Part shown: positions 25,991 through 37,454 of the stretch, in pieces
How the letters are laid out: each line of letters begins with the position of its first letter
Numbering within the stretch: the first letter of the stretch is position 1
Assembly (NCBI GenBank): GCA_013239625.1
Contig: MU054187.1
Coordinates: 17,910,711 to 17,974,710, forward strand
Direction: 5' to 3'
DNA from: Lama guanicoe
Lineage: Eukaryota
DNA length: 64,000 nt
Made by a program: the position numbers and the translations under genes
Notes under the pieces: generated by a model
Told to the model about the DNA's origin: nothing
The model's database searches: none
What the model saw: only the letters and a program-made list of their open reading frames with translations

Positions 25991-26934
25991 CTATACTATA
26001 GTTTCTTAGAGATGACAGCTGGTAAAGAGCTTTTCCAGAGAGAACCAGATTCTATTAGTCCCAACGTATTCAAAGCTTGCAACCTGCAGCTATCTAAAGC
26101 TAACGATATTATGTCAAAGCTGGTATTTTGTGTTTAAACCATCCTTTCATTTATGGTAAAAACAGTCTACGCTATGGGTTATTTTCACACAGTTGATGTT
26201 GCAGGTAGATATATTAATTCAATGAATTAATCTGTCTCTTAGTAAATAGACCACGCATCTATAAACTGATACTGTGCTGTTCTTGCCAAATGACCCTTTG
26301 TCAATTTCAGGGTTAATAAATATTTTATTGAACACCCTTTGCTCCCCAATTTCTGATTAACCTGTTATATTTCTCTAAATAGATTTCACATACATTCTAA
26401 ATGTTAAATTTCTCCTCAGATTTATGGGGTACCATATAAAAAGAATGTGACAGAAATAAAGGGAATAAAAATCAGAACAGATTAGTACACAGCAAAAATT
26501 CATTGTTTCTTTAGTTTTTCCCTACTAGATTATCTAAACTACAAAACTGGTAAATGCTCACTTTAAAGAGGAAACTATAACACAATTTATTTAAAGAACC
26601 CATCTTTCTCTATTCTTCAATTTCTACTCATGATTATCTCACATTAATAGGCTAGCCTATGAACAGACAGGGGAAGAAGACTGGCAAATAAAACACAAAA
26701 GCACAATATCAGACCCATATCGAAAAAGCAAAAAAAATTCTCCCAATATTTGTGACGCATCACTCAGCTAAAATTCTGTGTGTGAAAGTGATCAGAGAGG
26801 AAAAAAAGAAATCCACCTCACACATGCGCACACACTCACACTTGTATTTCAGGACTATCCCTGATAAGTGGCTTAGTAAAAACAGCAAGTCACCAATACA
26901 TGCAGAAGGGTTCTATTTCCTTACAAACAAGCAA

Positions 26935-27395
26935 GCCATTATGTGTGTGCATATGCCTGTATGTATTCATATTTGTTTAAGCAAGGTTAAAGACTAGGGA
27001 GGCTACACACTGGGCTGTTGGCATTTGTTATCACAAAGGGTGGCATTGGCAAAAGGGATCAGAGAGGTAGGATGAAGGCAATCATTAGCTTTCCTTCACG
27101 TATCTTTGTACTACGTTGCTTCAGTTGCTACAGCGAGGATTTTTTACTTTTTAAAATTAAAAAATATAATTTAAAAGAAGGTTTCAAATGGGAAAATACT
27201 GAATAGCAAGCAGTATACACACAGCCCAATAGGTGTGTCTTCCCACACTTTTATTCATGTTCTCAGAAATACATACACATATATGTAAGATTTATTTCAT
27301 ATAAAAAATGAATTATATTATATACTTTAGTTTACAACTTGACTTTTTACTGAACAATACAACATATGCACCCTATCAGGACAATAGACACATGT
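26935..27395. mobile_element. Old L1ME-type 3' fragments
   Basis: 'aaagactagggaggctacacac' (sense) followed by antisense L1-like 'aaaaatgaattatattatatac...caacttgactttt'. Confidence 0.45.
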
Positions 27396-27410
27396 CAAAC
27401 ATATCCTTTT

Positions 27411-27533
27411 TTAAAATGTATTTTTATTTTTTAAATATGTTTATTTATTTATTAATGGAGATAATGGGGATTGAACCCAGGACCTTTTGCATGCTAAGCA
27501 TGCAACTCTACCACTGAGCTATACCCTCCCCAC
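27411..27533 (-). mobile_element. tRNA-derived simple SINE, camelid vic-1-like
   Basis: Minus strand GGGGAGGGTATAGCTCAGTGGTAGAG...GGTCCTGGGTTCAATCCCC with A and B boxes, AT-rich tail, and a 15-bp TSD CAAACAT(A/G)TCCTTTT at 27396-27410 and 27534-27548. Confidence 0.9.
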
Positions 27534-27610
27534 CAAACATGTCCTTTTAAATAGTCACATCCTATTTCAAAGTTCTTCCATCCGTAAGAATTATACTAGC
27601 TGTACACTAC

Positions 27611-28053
27611 TGAGACAGGAGGAAAGGGGGCAGGGCACAATCACTGAAGGAATGACACAGCAATTGAGAACAGAGCAAACTGGTTAGAACCAAGATGGAG
27701 GAAGATTTGACTTCCAGTAGACCTTGAGCCTCCTGGCCCACCCACAGGCGCCATGACGGTCCCAAGGCTGACCATAAAAGGTCAAAAAGTGGGTGGGAGG
27801 CCCAATTCCTGGAAATCCCTGCCCCTTCCCCAAAGTGGTTGGAATAATCCTCCTACTCATTAGCATATGAAGTTATTAAGCCCATAAAATCTAACAACTC
27901 GGAGCCTCGTGGTCATGTTCTCTCTGTTGCCTTCTGAGATGGCCCGCATTCTGTCTATGGAATGTGTATCTCTATAAATAAACTTGCTTTCACTTTACTA
28001 TGCCTTGCTCTTGAATTTTCCTGTGTGAGGCAAGAAACTATTTTCCAGCAACA
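27611..28053 (+). mobile_element. MER41-like ERV1 solo LTR (copy 2)
   Basis: TG...CA; 4-bp TSD CTAC/TTAC; 'aaccaagatgg', 'gcgccatgac', 'aataaacttgctttcactttac' as in MER41. Confidence 0.85.
27806..27814 (+). promoter_or_regulatory. GAS (STAT-binding) motif TTCCTGGAA inside MER41-like LTR
   Basis: Exact TTCN3GAA match; degenerate second site TTCCCCAAA at 27826-27834. Function untested. Confidence 0.5.
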
Positions 28054-28059
28054 TTACTG

Positions 28060-30650
28060 CAATGCTGCAATGCAGGTCCTATATGTATACATTCATTTTT
28101 GTGGATAAATCTCAAAATGTCTTTCCTGGGGCACAAGTCATCGTACTTTTAGTTTGAATAAATTTTGTCAGATTAATTCCCAAAGACTGTAGCAATTAAC
28201 GCTCTACCAACATAAAAACTTTCCTACATTTTATTGTATTATTTTAATTTAGAAAACCATTTGCCATTCACTCATTTACAAATAAAGATAATTCAGCTTA
28301 CTCTTGAAAATTTATAAGAATTACTTATGTTTATTGTGTTGAAGATTTGTCTAGGAGGTCTTAAAACAATTTTGAATTATTAGTAAAGATAATTTTTTTT
28401 TTTTGTTTTTCATGATCTAATGGAAATGGGTACAATGTTTCACCATTTACCACGTTTGCTATTGATTTGGGATAAACTTTAACATGTTTAAGTAATATTT
28501 TTGTAATTAGGACTTTTATCAGGAATGAATTTGAATTTTATCATATTCTTTTCCAGCATTTATTGCTATAAGAATTCTATTTTGCTCTTTATTTAATGGT
28601 GGAATTAATTATATTGACAGATTTTGTGCTGTTGAACACACTAATAATTTTAATAGAAAATTTAGTTATGAATCATTTCCTCTGAATATGCTACTGGTTT
28701 TGATTTGCAAATATGTAGAATTTTACATTGTCATTCACTAGTGAAACTGGCCTATGGTTTTGTTTTTTACATTATCTTTGTCCAATTGTGGTGTTAAGGT
28801 TTTCCAACTTTATAAAATGAATTCGAGAAATTTCTATTTATTTTTAAACTACCTGAAATGGTTTAAATAACATAGGAATTATCTGATCTTCAAAGGTAGA
28901 AGTCAGCTGTTAGGTCTAGGCTTGTTGCCTTTTAAATTAGTAGATACTCAACTGTTTCATCATTATATGATTATTGATCCACTCAGATTTTCTCCTTGTG
29001 TCAAATCTGGGAGGTAATCATCATTTCCTCTTGCTGCCCCATATGGTAGCCACTAACTGTATGTGACTATGTAAATGTAAATTAATTAAAATTGAATAAA
29101 AATTTTTAAAGTATACTCCCCCAGTCTTACTAGCCACATTTCCAGTGCTTCAAAGCTACATGTGGCTAGGGGCTACCTCAGGGACCATGCGAAGGGAGAA
29201 GTTCCCGTCATTGAAGAATTTATTATTATTAGGCAGCGCTGTTCCAGCTGTTTAAACATGTTGTTAGGAAGTTGTGTGTTATATCATCTTGCAATTCTTT
29301 TAACTGCTACACTTTTTACACTTACATTCCTTAATGTTACTTTCTTAAGATTTCTCATTTCCTTATCCAGATTATTTACTTAATTAATCATCAAAGAGCT
29401 AGATTTTGTTTTTATTAATATTTCAATATTTCATTTGTATTCTAAGTATTTTTACTACTCCTCATACTATTTATCATGATAAATTCCTTTTCTGTTTATT
29501 TTTTCCTACTATTTTCTTAGATTAAAGAGTTCATTTATTTTTTAACATTTCTTCACATTTATTCGGTAACATTACAGTGGTTTTAGTACTTAAATTTTAC
29601 TTTACCCATCTTTTCCATTACTGTATTCCTCTTTTTATCTTACTTTACTTTTATTGTCTTGGGCAAGTTTTTCTTTTTTCCCTTTTACCCTTACTAACGG
29701 TAGAATTTGATTCTGATTTGATGCCCTTCCAGTCTTTACCAATCAAAATTAAACATGTGTTTTGAGTATTTTTAGAGTGTTAAATACACCCTTAAAAGCT
29801 GTTTCACTTGCTCTCTCTTCACACTTCATGTAGAGATAAAACTGTTAGAAAATATTTAGTTTCTTACTTCCTTCCAATCTTACTCCAAATCCTTAGTTAA
29901 AACAATTTAGAATTTTTAGTATCATGCTATTATGAGACTGTCCTTTAAATTATGTCTTTTTATTTCAATAGTTCTTTTAAAATACATTTACAAAACCCTA
30001 GTCTCCATCATCAATGTAGAATTAATTCTAATGAAAGATGATTTGGAAAGTGCATCTTCTATCTTTCTTGTGTAATTGTCTCTCTGATAGTTGTAAAATT
30101 TTCTTTCTCCTTGCATTCCAGAAATATTGCTATGATATGTCTAGATGGGTGTATGGGTGTGTGTGTGTGTTAATACTGCCTATGCATGGTGAATTCTTTT
30201 GATATGGAAAACTTGTCTAATATTTCATTTTCCATCTGCACTCCACTGCCCTTCTGACCACTCATAATATGTTCATTCACTCGCCTGAATCTGTTCTGCA
30301 TGTTTCATGTCCTCTAACTCAGATTCTGGGTGTGTAGAACTTAACTTTTTGTTACGGCCTACTGCTTTCTTTAAATCCCTGAGAACCCTAAACAGCCGAT
30401 TGGCATACATCATTCTTTGTTTTTTTTCCATTTTTAAAATTTAACTTTTTAAAAAGCAGAAACCATACTCATTAGTTTTAGGAAGTTTTTTTGGAGCTCC
30501 AATTCTAGCTCCTGGATGTCCCTTATTACTTTCTGCTTAAAGATTGTGTTTATGTTTTCCATTGGTTCTATTTCACTGGAAGCTACCAGTTTTTGTTTCT
30601 CTAAATTGATTTCCCTCTTTCAATAAACATTCTGTTGTTTTGCCTTAAAC
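28060..30650 (-). mobile_element. Highly degraded old L1 (L1ME/HAL1-type) fragments
   Basis: T-rich antisense L1 motifs: 'aatgtttcaccatt', 'gtgaaactggcctatggtttt', 'tgctatgatatgtctagatg'. Confidence 0.6.
29030..29241 (-). mobile_element. MER3-like hAT-Charlie MITE
   Basis: 'ggtagccacta', 'actagccacatttccagtgct...acatgtggctag', ending 'cagcgctg'. Confidence 0.85.
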
Positions 30651-33600
30651 AAGTTCTATTTCTTCTTGTTTATCTGTTGATGCCTTTCCCCTTAGTGTTG
30701 TGAGCCAGGTGGTTGCTACTTGATAGGTAGGGCAAATGGGGCTGTTTCTTTTCTTGTGACTGACTGCAAGGGATGTAAATGGTACCTTTCCACTTGGGGT
30801 GTGCTTGCTGCGGTCATTTCTTTCCCGGCTGTCAGGTCAGGGCTCTTTGACCCGCTAGCATGTAGCCCCTCCAGTTCACTGCTTTCCATGGGTTGGTGGT
30901 ACTCAAAGACCTACAGGCGGCAAGTGGTGAGAAACATCCCTCGGAGACCCTGAAGAATTCTGCCAGCACGTCATTGGCATTTGAGAGAGAAAAGAAGCCA
31001 GTTAAAGAAATGTTTTAAGATGTGGATTCTACCTGGAAAACAGATAACTTTCAATGTTCAGTAAGAACACTAAACTATAAAAATTGTCCATAGCTCCAAG
31101 TTATCTAGACTTCAAAATTTATGAAAGATACAAAAATATCGTTTTACTCTGCTTTAAGTAATTTAACCCTCAATCTGTAAAAAAATTTTGTTTCCTCATG
31201 TGCACAGTAAGTCTGGAAAATTCTCTAAAAGAAGGGATAGGAATTGACCTTTGAAGTGATTATGTAAGACTAGTTATAATTTTAATGATTTGCTAGGCAT
31301 GGTTCTGAAGATCTAAATTGGATGCAGCACATCTATTCACCATTTGTAGTCCATGAATAAGTCATTTAACCTCAACATAACAGCATTTCTCATCTAAAAT
31401 ATACAAAACATAGGCAGGGTTTCAAGGATTAACTGAGCTGACCCAGGACTTACATAACATACTCTTGCAAAACAGACTCAGAAATTTTTTTGCCATGGCT
31501 AAATTAAAAATCACAAGATCTCATGGTCCTATGAAGTTTTATTTTGTGAATAGCGAAAAACCTGAGATGCTAAATTTGTGAATACCATGGATCTGTGCTC
31601 TAATGCTGGTCTCACTTTGATTTTTAAGCCTGTGTGTATGTGGTGTGAATGTGTACAGACATGCATAACGTGGACCAGGTGAGGATGGGATGCCAAGCCA
31701 TGGACCTGATCAATAAAAACTACCAGAAGGTCAATACTGAGTGAAGAAAACATTATGGAAACCCTACAGAATGAAAAGTCAAATTTAAGAAAATTCAATT
31801 CAAGCTTCCTCCTTGAGAAAGGAACAAGTATGGAGGACACTAAAGAGGGATAGAAATTTGGGCAAAGTTTGAAGAAACTATAGATTGATACCTATAGTGC
31901 TAGAATGTTTTGCACCCAATATTTCTTCTTTTCTCCTGAAATTCTCTTTGTATTAGCAGTTCCTATCAGCCTTTGAGTGATTTATTGGAACTACTTAAAT
32001 TTCCTCCTGGCTGTCACAGCCGAGTAGACTAATAGGCCCCTGGGAGATTAACCACGTCCCATTACATTGATTGCTTTTGTACCCTCGGTCTGGCAAAGAT
32101 ATTGGCATAGATTTCAGCAGGTAACAACCATGCACCTAAAAAGGGATTGGTGGTGAGGGGTTAGGAATGAGTGAGGTACAAAGATTGGAGCCTGGCTGAG
32201 TGTCTTGCTAAAGATTTAAAAAATAGTACACTTTAGCCATGACTGACCTTTATAGGCAAATATTTTGATTTTTCACAAATGAATGAGAACAATGCATCGC
32301 TCTTTGCTCATCTCTGCCTTGCCGCCCTTCCACTGGGAGGCTGAGACCATCTTTTGGGGGCCCTTGGCTCTTCTATTCTGAGAATGAATAGCTGCTGCTA
32401 TAAAGTCTGCAACTGTTCATAGTTCTAGCCACATTATATATTTTCTGCTCAGCAATGCCACTGAGAAACATGCCTTTCTCCATTCTTTCCTTCTAATGAT
32501 ACACGAAGAGGAGCACAGCCTGGTCTCTGACCTCTGCATTTACCACGGGCTGATTTTCTCATCTCTGCATTGCTGCTTTTCGAAAAAAAATTTAAAAAAG
32601 AAAAAAAAAAAGGAGAGACAGAGAGAGATTGCTTGCTCTGTGAGAATCAATATTTAAAAAAATTAATTTTCATTAGCACCTTCCCATCAATACCCATTAT
32701 TATAGTCATGAGCACAAGACAATCTTTTACAACTGAACATTTAGAATCCAGGCGCTTTGTGTAGTCTGTCTACCCACGCCTCACACACACCACCTCACAT
32801 ACACTCATATTCCTGAGAAATTAGATCTTTGTCTGCTGCCTGACAACTTAATTTTATTCTGAAAGAAGCCCAAGTAATTGGATCAGGATAATTCTCAGCA
32901 GGGCTGCTCTTCTGTTTCTAAAGATAGCGTGCTCACTGCCAATTTTTCTATAGGTTGCCTGCACATTTATGCTGGAAACAAAGAGAGATTTGGTGCCTAA
33001 TAGAATATTCCTCTGTTATTTTCTTATATGTGACTATATCACTAATTCACTTCTTTACCTTGGGGTTTATTCAGTCCATGTACACTACTAAGTGATCAGC
33101 AATTATATGTTAAGAGCCTTCTTTAAGCCCTTCTAAAAAAATATGACATATGATAAATATTTCCTGGCAAATGAGTGAGTGTTGTGTTGTCTGTTGATTC
33201 TAATCAGTCCTGATTTATACCGAAATCAGTGCCGACAGCTTCTTGGTTTATAATTTCATTTATCTCCTCTTTTGACTGTTAGCATAGTTGCATGACAATC
33301 AGTTGAAAAGTGAATGCTCTTTTTGTCTGTTAATTACTTTGTTTACATAGGACTGAAATACCAGTTTAACTGTTTTGTCATAGCTAAGTGATGTAAATTT
33401 TAGCAGGAATTTAATTCTGGGGTGGTAGCAGTGAATAACGAAGTCAACTGTTAGAGTCAAAATAAAATATTTTTAAAACAAATATACAGATTGATGTGGT
33501 TTGGCATAGTGATTGAAAGGAAAGAAGAGGACAATTTCTTGAAACTCACAGAAAGTGTTACCTTTCTTGCTGTAGAGCCAGCTTAGGACACCAGGTGTTG

Positions 33601-34699
33601 AAGTGAAAAACCTACCACTGCAGTTCAAACCTGGACTTCACTCTGCTCTGTCATGGGGCTGCGTGACTTCGCTGACTTTTAAAGAAATTGTATTATTTTT
33701 CACTTGGGCAATCAGTTTAAAGAAAATATATTTCATCAGGTCCCTCTTATACATATTAATTTGACATTAAAAGGATTTTGTGTGTAGGTTATGAAATATA
33801 CATTGGAATAAATGTGACCCAATGAGTAGACACATCTGGAAGCCATGTCTACATCTCACCCTGAGTTGCTTGGACAATATGCTACCCACGCGCACGGGCA
33901 GGTTGTGGTCGGGGAAGTTCCCTCCTTCTCCCAGGTGGAGAGGCTACACTTGAACTAAATTCTCCACAGGACTGGAGAAAAGATTCTACTTTCCATGGAC
34001 TCCAGGTTGGCTTTCCAAGCCAACTCCTCTGGCACTGAATCCCAAACTGATTGGAATTCAACTTTCTGTTCATCCACCATTTACCATGTAAGCATGAAGA
34101 ATAATAGTGTGTATGAGATTCTTTTACTCAAAAACACACCATGTGTCCATCAGTGCCTGGGTCTGAATTTCTTCTCTGTGGGTTGATGGAAGGGGTGGGA
34201 GACTGAGGCCTTCATATGCAGATTCTTGGCTTGTAAATTTTTCTCATAAAGCTCATTATTTGACCTATATACTATGTGACCTAGTGGGATTCCTTCCTTC
34301 TGAGCAGTGGATCATCCCAATCTGTTTCCTTACCCTCTTTCCCTCCGAATCTCATCCAATCTGTGTTTAGCTCTTGGACAGCTACAAAGTTTGCGATACT
34401 GGATAAGAAGAAAAAACTTCCAGGCCTTACAGAAGGCTTTGAAATCAGGAATCTAAACTGGGCCGTCTGTGTTGCTATGGGTTGTCAAGGCCAGAGGTTT
34501 TTATTTTTCTCTCCATATTCCTTTTCCAAGCTCTTCTTTTTTTTTTTCCATAAGGACAGTTGACAAAAAGGACTTTAAATAATGTTGATATGAACTACTA
34601 TGGCAGAAAGATCTCATAGACACATTTTCCCATATAACTTCCTTAAGTTCAGCTACAATTCCTAGAAATTATATGTTAAACAAAAAAAAAAATTATTAA

Positions 34700-35346
34700 A
34701 GGCGGGGAGACGCAGACCAACTAGAAACCACAGCATGGTGGTGAGGTTCCTGGATTTTCTTTTTGCCACATCTATCCTGGACTGGGTGTTGGAAAAGCCA
34801 GCAACCCATAAACACTAGTAGGAACCAACAGGAAAAAAAAAAAAAAACCCACCAAGAATGAAAACTTGTTCTCCCTAGCCAAAGGACTAGGAAAGAGGAA
34901 TGGTAAGAAAATTTTAAAACATAACTGCATTATTCTAGCCAAACACCACAGAAAAATGTATGGTCCCACCCCAACCCACATCAGCAAAGACTGAGCGGGG
35001 AGACTGGAATTCCACCCTTCCCTCGTGTAACAAGACGCTCGTTTTCCAGGTTGGTGCCAGAAAAGACCAAGTGGGGAGTTGCACGTGCCTCCCCTCGAGG
35101 CAGTAATAAGCGGTCTCCATCTCTGTGTCAGTGGAGAAGACATGGGGAGCCTGGATTTCCATCCCCACATTGCAGTAATGAGACATCCCTGTCTCCCCCT
35201 GCTGGGACTGTGTCAGCGGAAACCCAGTGACTAGTCAGGACTTTCACTAATGTCCAATGATAGTGAGACCGCATGATACAACATCAGTGGAAGCCGGATG
35301 GGGGCAGTAACAGGGCGCCCTGCCCCTCCTATCTCCATGGTGCTAT
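34700..35346 (+). mobile_element. Old L1M 5' region with internal repeats (continues 37233-37450)
   Basis: Recurring 'gtcagtggag...gggagcctgga..tcca...cagtaa' units; 'ctagccaaacaccacagaaaaa'. Confidence 0.65.
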
Positions 35347-35981
35347 TAAAACCCAGCAGGACCCCATGGGGCCCTCCTGGGTACAAAAGTCTTTATTTCT
35401 GTATATCTTTCTTTTCCTTTCCATTTGAGCCTTTGTACAGTCAGTATGACCTGATTTAAGCTAACAAATTTTGCAGGAGTTGCCCAAGACTGCTCAGCCT
35501 TGAAGGGGCAAAGATAAAAACCTGCAACTAAAGTCTATGGGTGCGAGGTGCAACCTCCTTGTCCAAGCTCTGGAAAGCACCCCTCAACTCCCAGCCTTAG
35601 CCCATAGCCGCTGTTTTTGAAATTAACTGACCTAATCTTAGATATTTTTTAGAAACATTCCAGAATGGCTGATACATGCAAGAACTCAAGGCTGACTATA
35701 TCTGTGGCATCGCGGAGGCAGCGTTGGGACTTTCATAAGGGATCCAGAGCTGAAGCTTAACCGCCAACACTGCTTCCTCCTTTCTGCTTCTTTGTTCTGC
35801 CTTCTCCATTAAAATCCTTTACCTGTGCAGGGATGTTAAGATGGTTTTTAAGGATACTAGTCCACTATCTTCTCAGTTAGCCGGCTTTCTAGAAGAAAGT
35901 GGTTTTCCCCGACTCAACACCTTGTTACTCGACTTATTGACCTATAGTGTAGCAAGTAGCCGGAACCTCGGTTCTGTAATA
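35347..35981 (+). mobile_element. ERV1 5' LTR
   Basis: Followed by a PBS; R/U5 homologous to the solo LTR at 45706-46137; U3 start resembles the 6903-7431 LTR. Confidence 0.8.
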
Positions 35982-37082
35982 AAATTTTGAGAGCCAGCCA
36001 GGACTGACCCTTTGGGGCCTTCAGGGTCTGCCTCAGTTCTCGACAAGCAAAGCAGCAGGCTACGAAGTTTGCCTGGGGAAACTTGCTTATGTTACCAGGA
36101 AGGGGTGCCTGTGATGGCTTTGGGGCAGCTGGCCACTCGCGGTGAGTCAGCCCCAAGGCCAGGGAATATCAGGGTCTAGCCTGAGCAGCCGCTGCAATGA
36201 CTTTCGTTTCGGGGAGACCCCTGCCCTTCCCCGACTGCAGTGTTGGTTGCCCAGTGCACTACTGGTTGGAGCAAGAAGTCAACATCTGAGCAGAGCCAAG
36301 GAGCTCAGGGGCTGGGTAAGTCGGTGCAATGCGCATGCCAGGAGGTCACTTCCACAGCTGTCTTGGGTCAGGTTATCTGCACAAGGAGTCTGAGGGATTG
36401 CAAGACATCTCTGTCTGCTTGAGCCTTGGAGGTTAGCCAGGAATACTCGACCACTGGAGACCTAAATGTTATTTTGTTAGTACCGTTAGGCAGTTGAAAT
36501 AGTTGTTGAACAGTTACCCCGGGCTAGGAGTGCTCCTTCTGGTTTCTGTGTATTTTTTGTCTTTGTATGTTACCTGCGGTGAAAGCAACTAGGTGGGGAC
36601 ACCACTCCCCACCCATTACCTTGTGTCGCAACTCAGAGATCATTGGGAGAGATCTGTTTCCTGCAGCTACAAGTCTGGTGCAGCTCTGTATTGGGTGTTG
36701 AGTGTTGCCCAACAGAACTGGTTTGCTCTCGGTGGCTTGCCTGTTTTCCTCCTTGCCTCCTACCACCAGAGGCTGCAGACTCTGGAATTTTACTACAAGG
36801 ACAGGAATAGCCAGGTTGGTCAGTTATTGACAGTAGTAGATAGCCTCTTGTTACTTAAGAAACTTGCAGCAGCAAAAATTGAGTCCTGCTTAATCACTGA
36901 AGGGTTTCGATCCCACCTGTGGGCAGCCTGGTGTTGATTTAAAGCTATCTGAGTTAATCACTTAACAGGTAAAATCGTGCAACATTTGTGTGCCCACCAA
37001 CCATAAAGCTTGCCCTCGGGGAGTTGGCAGAAGGTCTATAATAAAGAATCTAAGGTGTGGAAATTCAGAAACAACATAAAAA
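35982..37082 (+). mobile_element. ERV1 internal 5' leader
   Basis: GC-richer leader between the PBS and the gag remnant. Confidence 0.7.
35987..36004 (+). other. Retroviral primer-binding site complementary to tRNA-Arg(ACG) 3' end
   Basis: TTGAGAGCCAGCCAGGA versus expected TGGCGAGCCAGCCAGGA (15/17), 5 nt after the LTR end. Confidence 0.75.
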
Positions 37083-37178
37083 GTGGGAGGACTGATTTCA
37101 ATTCCCCCTAAGAGCCCTTTGGGACACATCCTAGGTAAATGATCTGACTTTAGCTGTTTCCCTGCAATTAAGAAAGAC
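37083..37178 (+). pseudogene. gag: gag matrix N-terminal remnant of a class I ERV
   Basis: Reads (M/V)GGLISIPPKSPLGHILGK*SDFSCFPAIKKD, similar to the SPLGCIL..W..F....LKK motif of class I gag; start codon mutated to GTG and Trp codon to TGA (37140-37142). Confidence 0.7.
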
Positions 37179-37232
37179 ATATGTAGAAATCAAAAAAGGC
37201 GTTTGTGCCCTGGAGGGTCCTGCTTGATTTTA
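37170..37232 (-). repeat. Inverted copy of the first ~67 bp of the 35347 LTR
   Basis: Reverse complement TAAAATCAAGCAGGACCCTCCAGGGCACAAACGCC...TTTCTACATATGTCTTTCTT versus 35347-35413 TAAAACCCAGCAGGACCC...CTCCTGGGTACAAAAGTC...TTTCTGTATATCTTTCTT. Confidence 0.8.
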
Positions 37233-37454
37233 GAGTCAATGGAGACTTAGCGGGGGACCTGAACTCAACCTTACCTAGCAGCAACAAGGTGCCCACCACC
37301 CAGGGGCTACCAGAGGCCAACTGGGGAAACTGGAGTTCCAATGCCATCTAGTAGCAATGCCTAGGGTCCCCTTTCCCCCACTGGTGTGGTGCCAGGGAAC
37401 ATCTACTAAAACAACAGATTTAAATAAGGTGCAGAGTCTTATAACACAATACAT

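Noticed and set aside
27455..27533. tRNA gene
   Set aside because: The AT-rich tail and TSD identify it as a SINE copy, and the 3' acceptor-stem side looks diverged.
5734..28053. Two same-orientation MER41-like LTRs as the ends of one provirus
   Set aside because: They are 22 kb apart with no internal ERV sequence, differ structurally, and copy 2 has its own TSD.
34990..35340. Repeat-spacer-like periodicity resembling an array
   Set aside because: These are degenerate internal repeats of an old L1 5' region in mammalian DNA; no constant repeat or spacer length and no cas genes.
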